From Delftia acidovorans NBRC 14950 (GTDB taxonomy: Bacteria > Pseudomonadota > Gammaproteobacteria > Burkholderiales > Burkholderiaceae_C), in contig NZ_BCZP01000003.1 of the NCBI RefSeq assembly GCF_001598795.1, positions 352,602-384,601 of the forward strand: DNA of 32,000 nt. Reading direction: 5' to 3'. Of the stretch, positions 26,124 through 32,000 are shown in pieces. The notes under the pieces are model-generated. The model ran no database searches and was not told the DNA's origin. It saw only the letters and a program-made list of their open reading frames with translations. A program made the translations under genes and the position numbers. Positions within the stretch are counted from its first letter, which is position 1, and every line of letters begins with the position of its first letter.

Positions 26124-27200
26124 ATGAGAAGAGCCATACAAGCATCCACGCAGACTGCGCGGGACGAAGAGACCGGCGAGAGCGGCGAATCTGGCGATTC
26201 CGAGCGCCGGCTGCGCTATGAACTGATACGCCAGCGCCTGCGCCAGGCCATCGTCGAGCAGCGGGTGGCGCCCGGCCTGGTGCTGCTGGAGGGGCCCGTG
26301 GCCAAGGTCTTCGGCACCAGCCGCATTCCCGTGCGCAAGGCCTTCGAGCTGCTGCATGCCGAAGGGCTGCTGAGCACCTTCGACGGACGCGGCTACCTGG
26401 TCGCCCGGCCCGGGCAGGCCGTGCAGCCCCAGCGCCTGACACTGGACGCGCAGGCCCTGGGCCTGGAGGCGGGCCAGGCCACGATCCACATTCCATCGGA
26501 GAGCGAGCGCATCCACGACGAGCTGGAGCAGTCCATCTCCATCGCCATGATCTTCGGGCGCTTTCAGATCGATGAGAGCGCCGCCATGGACCACTTCAAC
26601 GTCAACCGCGTGGCCCTGCGCGAGGTGCTGAGCCGGCTGGTAGATAGAGGGCTGGTGGAGAAAAGCACCTACGCCGCCTGGCGGGTGGCCGCGCTGACGG
26701 CACGCGCGGTGAATCAGGACTTCGAGCTGCTCGCCTTGCTGGCGCCCGCAGCGCTGCGCGAAAGCGGGCCGCGCCTGGACAGAGACATGCTCGCCAGCCT
26801 GCGCCACGGCCTGCAAGGCGCGACGGCGCCGGGTGTTCCGGACACGCAGGAAACATTGCGCCCGGAACAGCGCCTGGAACAGCGCGTGGAGCAGCACCTG
26901 CATGGCGACTTCCTGGCCCGGCATCCCAACGACAAGCTGGTGGGCATGCTGCAGCAGTGCCAGATGCCCTGGCTGATCCACAGCACCTTCTGCCGCATGT
27001 TTCCGCAATCGCCCAACCCGCCGCTGACCGAGAACTGCCGGCAGATCGTCGATGCCTTGTGGGAGGGGGAGTACGAGCGGGCCGCACAGGCGCTGCAGGA
27101 CTATCTGGCCCAGGCGCGCAAGCGCGCCCAGCTTCAGCTCAAGGTGCTGGCCGTGCTGCCTGAGACGCAGCTGCCCGCCTACCTGGTGCGGCAGACCTGA
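26124..27200 (+). CDS. Atypical GntR-family regulator with two tandem winged-helix modules followed by an FCD-like helical domain (358 aa)
   Basis: wHTH 1: LRQAIVEQRVAPGLVLLEGPVAKVFGTSRIPVRKAFELLHAEGLLSTFDGRGYLVA. wHTH 2: ISIAMIFGRFQIDESAAMDHFNVNRVALREVLSRLVDRGLVEKSTYAAWRVA. Acidic N-terminal tail DEETGESGESGDSE. Confidence 0.85.
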   Translation: MRRAIQASTQTARDEETGESGESGDSERRLRYELIRQRLRQAIVEQRVAPGLVLLEGPVAKVFGTSRIPVRKAFELLHAEGLLSTFDGRGYLVARPGQAVQPQRLTLDAQALGLEAGQATIHIPSESERIHDELEQSISIAMIFGRFQIDESAAMDHFNVNRVALREVLSRLVDRGLVEKSTYAAWRVAALTARAVNQDFELLALLAPAALRESGPRLDRDMLASLRHGLQGATAPGVPDTQETLRPEQRLEQRVEQHLHGDFLARHPNDKLVGMLQQCQMPWLIHSTFCRMFPQSPNPPLTENCRQIVDALWEGEYERAAQALQDYLAQARKRAQLQLKVLAVLPETQLPAYLVRQT

Positions 27201-27328
27201 TCTTGTGATTGCTGCAGTCGGCTGCCGCAGGCCGGCGCGGCTGGTTGCATGTGGAACCGCTGGTTTGCCTGCCGTTCACCGGGCGTTTACGCAAGCACGG
27301 CATATTGGGCGCCCAAAGGACCGCACCG

Positions 27329-27718
27329 ATGAACGCCTTGCGCATCAGCACCACCGTCTTCACCGAAGCCAGATTCTGGAGCCTGGTGGTTTTCTCGGTC
27401 GTTCTTCCCTGCGCCATCTACGCGGCCCTGCTGGCCAAGCGCAGCATCTCGCGCACCACGGTACTGCTGTTCGGGCTGGCCCTGGTGGCCATGGCGGGGG
27501 TGGATGTCTACCTGCTGCAAAGCCTGGCATCGGCGGCCCGGCAGACGCCGTCGCTGTCGGACAACGCCATCTTCGTCTCGGAGCTGTCCACGGCGCTGTA
27601 CCTGCTGCCGGCCATGATTGGCGGGATCGGCGTGAACATGACCTCGCATGTGCTGATACAGCATCTGTTCGATGCGGAGCGCCGGTTCGACAGCAACCGC
27701 AAGAACGAGACCACCTGA
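27329..27718 (+). CDS. Small hypothetical membrane protein (129 aa, about 4 TM)
   Basis: MNALRISTTVFTEARFWSLVVFSVVLPCAIYAALLA..., with AAAGGA RBS 7 nt upstream. The track ORF 27209 start is unlikely. Confidence 0.6.
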   Translation: MNALRISTTVFTEARFWSLVVFSVVLPCAIYAALLAKRSISRTTVLLFGLALVAMAGVDVYLLQSLASAARQTPSLSDNAIFVSELSTALYLLPAMIGGIGVNMTSHVLIQHLFDAERRFDSNRKNETT

Positions 27719-27738
27719 GCCGGCCGGGCCCCGCCTGA

Positions 27739-27768
27739 CGCTATCGGGCGCTATCGGACGCTATCGGG
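27739..27768. repeat. Three tandem 10-bp direct repeats, CGCTATCGG(G/A), between convergent genes
   Basis: Read directly: cgctatcggg cgctatcgga cgctatcggg. Confidence 0.85.
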
Positions 27769-27771
27769 AGC

Positions 27772-27790
27772 AACCGGACTCGGCCCGGTT
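27772..27790. terminator. Short hairpin abutting the L,D-transpeptidase stop codon (possible terminator for the convergent transcripts)
   Basis: AACCGG-actcggc-CCGGTT, 6-bp stem, no clear U-tract. Confidence 0.3.
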
Positions 27791-29304
27791 CAGCCCATCA
27801 CGTCTTCGGAAAAGAGCTGCCAGCGCCCGCCCGTCTTGCGCCAGTACTGGCGCAGCGGCAGGCCTTCGGCGAAGGCCTTGCTGCTGGCGCGCAGGTTGAC
27901 CACGCGGATCTCCCCCTTGGCATCTTTCCAGGAATAGATGGACATGTCCTGCAGCGTCACGCCGGGGCGGTTCAGGTAGGCGGCCAGCCGTTCCTGCGAT
28001 GCGCGCGAGGCGGGCGACTGCAGCAGGTCCGGCGCGTAGAGCGCGGCCAGCTTGCGCGGGTCGGCCCCGTCCCAGGCACTCTTCCATTCCTCGACGACAC
28101 GCACAAAGGCATCTGCCGCCTTCTGCTGGGCCTGGGCCTTGGGGGCCACCCACTGCAGCTTCTCGCGGATCAGCACCGGCGTCTGCCGGTCCACGGTCTG
28201 CATGAGCAAGGTGAGGTCGGGGTTGGCCAGCACCAGGCAGCCATCGCTGGCCTCGGGCGCGCGCGAGAACTGGTCGGGCGGCGAGCCATGCAGCCAGATG
28301 CCGCTGCCCGAGCGGCCCACGGCCTTGTCCCAGTCGTTGGGAAAGTTGACCGTGAGCGCACCCTTGCCATAGAACTCCGGCAGCCGGGGTCCGGGGATGT
28401 GGCGGCCCACGAAGTAGATGCCCAGCGGCGTGCGCTGGTCGCCTTCCTGCCATTTGTCCGTGCCCAGCTTGCCCACGGAGACATAGAAATCCCCCACCAG
28501 CCGCAGCCCGCCCGCCTCATGGGCGAACAGGTACAGCCGTGACTTGCTGGCGTCGATGGCAATCGCATGCCGCACCGACGCGCCCAGCATCAGGAACTCG
28601 CCGGGAACGGAGCCCGCGGGCGGCGCGCCGCTGTCGGCCTGCAGGCGGCGCTTGAGTTCGTTTTGCAGATCCTGCAGCTGGGCCTGCGTGGGACTGGCCG
28701 GGCCTTCCAGCCGCGCGACACTGCCCACGGACAGGTTGTGCCGCACCAGCACGCCCTGGCCCGGATGGCCGGGAGCGGAGGAGGCGGCGACGGGCGTGCC
28801 CGCCAGCACCTCGCCGGCACGGCCGGTCTTGAAGCGCAGCAGGTCGGCATACACCAGCTGGGCTGCGCGGAAATTGGGAACCTCGGCGGTGAGATCGCCG
28901 GCGGCCTTCAGCGCGCCGTCCAGATCCCGCTGCTCCACCTGGCGGATGATGGCCAGCAGGCGCGCCTCCGCCTGGCTTTGCTGTACGGGGGCGGCGGCCT
29001 TGGCATGGGTGGCTGCCACGGCAGCGGCACCGCCCGCCGTGGCCACCGCAGCGGCGGCCAGGGCGGGCTTGCCCGATGCCGCGCGCAGCCTGGCTGCGCC
29101 CGCCTTGCCGGAGGCAGGCTTGGAGGAGACAGGCTTGGCAGCTGCCGTTTTGGATGCCTTGGCCTTGGCCTGCCTGGCATGGGCTGCCGGGCTGAAGGAC
29201 ACCGCGGACAGCGCGACCAGCAGCACGGCCACCCCGGCGGCCCGCGCATGCAGGCGCAGCAGGCCGGTGGGTGGCAGTGCCAGGGGACGCGCTTTTTCAG
29301 GCAT
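27790..29304 (-). CDS. Exported L,D-transpeptidase (YkuD-domain) family protein with Ala/Lys-rich linker and C-terminal NTF2/SnoaL-like domain
   Basis: Signal peptide ...VSFSPAAHA. YkuD core PLGIYFVG...GIWLHGSP...SDGCLVLAN. C-terminal VEEWKSAWDGADP...GRWQLFSE. Confidence 0.88.
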   Translation of the reverse strand: MPEKARPLALPPTGLLRLHARAAGVAVLLVALSAVSFSPAAHARQAKAKASKTAAAKPVSSKPASGKAGAARLRAASGKPALAAAAVATAGGAAAVAATHAKAAAPVQQSQAEARLLAIIRQVEQRDLDGALKAAGDLTAEVPNFRAAQLVYADLLRFKTGRAGEVLAGTPVAASSAPGHPGQGVLVRHNLSVGSVARLEGPASPTQAQLQDLQNELKRRLQADSGAPPAGSVPGEFLMLGASVRHAIAIDASKSRLYLFAHEAGGLRLVGDFYVSVGKLGTDKWQEGDQRTPLGIYFVGRHIPGPRLPEFYGKGALTVNFPNDWDKAVGRSGSGIWLHGSPPDQFSRAPEASDGCLVLANPDLTLLMQTVDRQTPVLIREKLQWVAPKAQAQQKAADAFVRVVEEWKSAWDGADPRKLAALYAPDLLQSPASRASQERLAAYLNRPGVTLQDMSIYSWKDAKGEIRVVNLRASSKAFAEGLPLRQYWRKTGGRWQLFSEDVMG

Positions 29305-30689
29305 CAGGAGCCGGTTCCTTCATGGGTGATGCGCCATTGTCCCTTTTCGCGCTGCATGCGCAGGGTCTTGCGGGTAGTGGTCTTGAGCGCGCCCGATGCG
29401 TAGTACTGGCGGAACTGGGCCGTGGCCTTGTCGCCATCCACGGTCACCTTCAGGTCGCGCACATTGACGACGATGGCGGTGCGGCCAACGATGCGCTGGC
29501 GGCGCTGTTCCTTCCACTTGGCCAGGCTGCTGCCATCGGCCGGGGAGAAGTGGTCGCTGTAGGCGTCCAGGTAGCGGTCCATGTCCTGGCCGGCCCATGC
29601 GGTGGACCAGGCCTTGACGGCGGCTTCCACTTCCTGCGCGGCAGCCGATTGTGCGGCCTTCTTCTCATCGACGGCAGGCGCTGCCTTGGCAGGCTCGGCG
29701 GCGGCCACGGCGGTGGCGGCGGCTGCGGTGGCCGGAGCAGCGGCCTTGGCCGCTGCCTGCCGGGCTTCCTCGGCCGCGCGGGCCTTGTCCTGTGCGGACT
29801 GAGCTGCCTTTTCCTGCGCCAGCTTGGCCTCTGCCGCCTTGGCTTCCGCCGCCTTGGCCTGGGCCAGCTTGGCTTCTGCAGCCTTGGCCTCGGCAGCCTT
29901 GGCTTCCGCCGCCTTGGCCTGGGCGGCCTTGGCATCGGCGGCCTTCACTTCAGCGGCCTTGAATTCGGCAGCCTTGGCCTCTGCGGCCTTGGCTTCGGCG
30001 GCGCGGGTCTCGGCCAGCTTGGCGTCGGCTTCGCGGGCCTGGGCTGCCTTGGCATCGGCCACCTTGGTCGAGGCGGCCGTCGCTGTGGCCGTGGCCTGGG
30101 CCGTCTTGACCTGGGCGCCGCCCTGCTTGGGGAAGATCTGCGTGATCAGGGCCAGCTTGGGCTGGATGGCCTGGCGCGATCCGTCCAGCTGCAAGGCCTT
30201 GGCATAGGCATCGCTGGCCATGCGCGCATACAGGTCGCCCAGGTTCTCATGCGCCGTGGCGTAGCTGGGGTTGGTGCGAATGGCCTGCTCCAGCACTTCC
30301 GAGGCCTTGCGCTCCTGGCCCTCGGCAGCGTACAGCACGGCCAGGTTGTTGTAGGGCTCGGGCAGGCTGGGGTAATCACGGGTCAGCGCCGTGAAGATCT
30401 TGATGGCCTGGGCGTTCTGGCGCTGCTCCGCCGCGATCACGCCCTGCAGAAAGCGCATCTGCACATCGGCCGGGTTCTGCTTGAGGTAGGCCTCGGCCTG
30501 CTTGGCGGCCTGGGGCGCCTTGCCCTGCTCCAGCAGCCGGGAGACCTCGTCCACCGCCTCCTGCGACGCATGGGCAAACGCCCCGCACAAAGCGGCCCCC
30601 AGGCTGAAGGCGGCAATGGCCACAGGTCGGGCTATCCGCAAATAGGTACGACCCGGCACTCGCGACGGAACTCTGGACGAAATCAGCAT
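29304..30689 (-). CDS. Exported TPR-repeat protein with (A-E-A-K-A)n low-complexity region and C-terminal NTF2/SnoaL-like domain; upstream partner of the L,D-transpeptidase
   Basis: Start chosen at MLISSRVPSR... (30689; signal peptide ...CGAFAHA); the track start at 30776 adds an implausible leader. TPR-like PYNNLAVLYAAEGQERKASEVLEQAIRTNPSYATAHENLGDLY. The stop overlaps the LDT start (TGATG, 1-nt overlap at 29304). Confidence 0.85.
   Translation of the reverse strand: MLISSRVPSRVPGRTYLRIARPVAIAAFSLGAALCGAFAHASQEAVDEVSRLLEQGKAPQAAKQAEAYLKQNPADVQMRFLQGVIAAEQRQNAQAIKIFTALTRDYPSLPEPYNNLAVLYAAEGQERKASEVLEQAIRTNPSYATAHENLGDLYARMASDAYAKALQLDGSRQAIQPKLALITQIFPKQGGAQVKTAQATATATAASTKVADAKAAQAREADAKLAETRAAEAKAAEAKAAEFKAAEVKAADAKAAQAKAAEAKAAEAKAAEAKLAQAKAAEAKAAEAKLAQEKAAQSAQDKARAAEEARQAAAKAAAPATAAAATAVAAAEPAKAAPAVDEKKAAQSAAAQEVEAAVKAWSTAWAGQDMDRYLDAYSDHFSPADGSSLAKWKEQRRQRIVGRTAIVVNVRDLKVTVDGDKATAQFRQYYASGALKTTTRKTLRMQREKGQWRITHEGTGS
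29821..30060. repeat. Sixteen tandem 15-bp units (consensus GCCTTGGCYTCNGCN) encoding the AEAKA pentapeptide repeat of the TPR protein
   Basis: Read directly. The period stays exactly in register from 29821 to 30060, and units 29836..29850 and 29896..29910 are identical. Confidence 0.9.
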
Positions 30690-30868
30690 ATGGGCGCTCT
30701 CTACGCAATGAAAGTTGGAAGACGGGCCTGTTCGCTTTTGGGCTTCTTGCACACGCCGATATGCGCCTGCAGCCAAAAGCCAGCGATTTTATAGGCGAAA
30801 GCCACCTTGCCCCGCTGCATGGGTCCTTGAGACAAGGGCCATGAAACACGGCGCAAAGCCTGCTCCGA

Positions 30869-30981
30869 GGTAACGGAGCGGACCGGGCGGCGTTACGTAA
30901 CGTGTGCCGTAACAGACCGTTGCTGAGACATTGTGATCAATAACAAAAACCATACAAATCAATATCTTAGGAAGATTCCTA
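30869..30981. promoter_or_regulatory. AT-richer adhesin promoter region with three palindromic candidate operator sites
   Basis: Perfect 12-bp palindrome CGTTACGTAACG (30891..30902), flanked by further GTAAC words (30870, 30909). Imperfect 16-bp palindrome TTGTGATCAATAACAA (30931..30946). TAGGAA-GA-TTCCTA (30968..30981). Confidence 0.35.
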
Positions 30982-31101
30982 GGCCATCCAGACCTGCCAC
31001 CGGCACATGGCATGCATGTTGCACAAAAGGGCTCGACAGATTTCACGGCTTCCAAGCCACCGTCTGACCTTGTCGTTTCAACCCTTGTCTGGAGAGAGCA
31101 A

Positions 31102-32000
31102 ATGACCGCCCAATCGATGCAGCCCACTGGCAACACCACCGTCAGCCCCGTGCAGTTTGCTGACCAGCAGCCCTCCACCGTTGTGCTTGCACAGCTGGGC
31201 ACATCGAACACGCAGCCCGGCGCGGCTGCGGTGCTCATGCCCCGGGGCGCCGGCCCCGCCACGATGTCCCAGGTCAGCCCGGGCGTGCAGATCGTGCGCA
31301 ACGGAGAAACCCTGATGGCCCAGCCCGGCAGCGCGCTGCAGGTGGGCGACAAGATCATCGTGCCCGCCGACGGCAGCGCCAAGGCGCTGTTCCAGGGCAA
31401 GGACGGCCAGACCCTGGTCGGCACCTTCGAGGGCGGCACGCAGGCCACGCTGACCCAGCGCGACGGCGACGGCGCCGGGGCCATGGTGCTGGACCTGGCC
31501 TCTGGCAACGTCCAGGTGGCACCCGCCAATGACGGCGACGCCCTGGGCCTGATCGTCACCAAGGAAAGCGCCGCGGCCGCAGCCGGTGGCTCCGTGCTCA
31601 GCGACTTCCTGCTGGCCGGCCTGATCGGCGCGGGCGGCGTAGGCCTGATCGCAGCAGCCAACAGCAGCGACGACGATCCGGCGCCCCCGCTCCCGACCGA
31701 CCCCACCAACCCGACGAATCCGACGGATCCCACGAATCCGACAAACCCCACCAATCCGACGGACCCCACGAATCCGACCAATCCCACGAACCCGACAAAT
31801 CCGACCAATCCTACGAATCCGACCAATCCCACGGATCCTACGAACCCGACCAACCCCACCAATCCAACAAACCCAACGAACCCGACCAATCCGACCAACC
31901 CCACGGATCCCACGAATCCGACCAATCCCACGAACCCGACAAATCCGACCAATCCTACGAATCCGACCAATCCCACGGATCCCACGAACCCAACCAACCC
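31102..32000 (+). CDS. 5' end of a large repetitive surface adhesin (BapA-prefix / LapA-retention-module-like N-terminus, hydrophobic segment, PT[N/D] repeat linker). Partial: runs off the right edge, so it is absent from the ORF track.
   Basis: Own translation from the ATG at 31102 (GGAGAGAG RBS 31091..31098): MTAQSMQPTGNTTVSPVQFADQQ...VSPGVQIVRNGETLMAQPGSALQVGDKIIVPADGSAKALFQGKDGQTLVGTFEGGTQATL...KESAAAAAGGSVLSDFLLAGLIGAGGVGLIAAANSSDDDPAPPLPTDPTNPTNPTDPTNPTN... Open to the window end, with strong GC3 bias. Confidence 0.8.
   Translation, partial: MTAQSMQPTGNTTVSPVQFADQQPSTVVLAQLGTSNTQPGAAAVLMPRGAGPATMSQVSPGVQIVRNGETLMAQPGSALQVGDKIIVPADGSAKALFQGKDGQTLVGTFEGGTQATLTQRDGDGAGAMVLDLASGNVQVAPANDGDALGLIVTKESAAAAAGGSVLSDFLLAGLIGAGGVGLIAAANSSDDDPAPPLPTDPTNPTNPTDPTNPTNPTNPTDPTNPTNPTNPTNPTNPTNPTNPTDPTNPTNPTNPTNPTNPTNPTNPTDPTNPTNPTNPTNPTNPTNPTNPTDPTNPTN
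31693..32000 (+). repeat. 9-bp tandem repeat (CCNACNRAY) encoding Pro-Thr-Asn/Asp, with a 144-bp higher-order period
   Basis: More than 34 consecutive units. The 72-nt stretch 31767..31838 is repeated exactly at 31911..31982. Confidence 0.9.

Noticed and set aside
29821-30060. Possible CRISPR array or non-coding satellite (also 31693..32000)
   Set aside because: The units are contiguous 15-bp and 9-bp repeats with no spacers. They lie in frame inside ORFs and encode AEAKA and PTN/PTD peptide repeats, and there are no cas genes.
30789-31997. 402-aa minus-strand ORF (MVGFVGSVGLVGFVG...)
   Set aside because: Reverse-complement reading of the PT[N/D] nonamer array and of the adhesin N-terminus. 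The + strand frame has an RBS, a structured N-terminal domain and GC3 bias.

Overview
Visibly GC-rich, densely coding chromosomal segment that looks betaproteobacterial (Burkholderiales/Comamonadaceae-like, judged from the Bug-family binding protein and codon bias; the taxon is inference only). All functional calls come from reading the translated ORFs and motifs by eye; no searches were run. Left to right:
- A partial Bug/TctC binding protein (-) and a tartrate/D-malate dehydrogenase (-), with a divergent LysR regulator.
- A purine-catabolism unit, gntR-puuE-(uraD::allC fusion)-M20 hydrolase, then a terminator and an NCS2 xanthine/urate-type permease. Both promoter regions share a CAGAAACT / CTGTATACA-N4-TTGT motif.
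- NADP-malic enzyme maeB, tRNA-Ser(UGA), an ArnT/GT39-like membrane glycosyltransferase and an orphan 172-aa acidic protein.
- TetR + MFS + siderophore-interacting reductase.
- A roughly 10-kb co-directional block: amidase, PuuE-like CE4 hydrolase, MFS, SDR, SDR, a spacer, then an MCGMCG mini-protein, a COG0523 GTPase, a signal-less PotD-fold protein, a double-winged-helix GntR and a small membrane protein.
- A convergent two-gene envelope operon: a TPR/AEAKA-repeat protein and an L,D-transpeptidase that share a C-terminal domain.
- An AT-richer, palindrome-rich promoter region, then the 5' end of a giant repeat adhesin (PT[N/D] repeats) that runs off the window.
No rRNA, CRISPR, IS element, integrase or phage genes were seen. 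The best candidate for something undescribed is the 23.4-27.2 kb module (CxxC mini-protein / COG0523 / cytoplasmic SBP-fold protein / tandem-wHTH GntR), which sits next to a putative cyclic-amide/imide catabolic operon.
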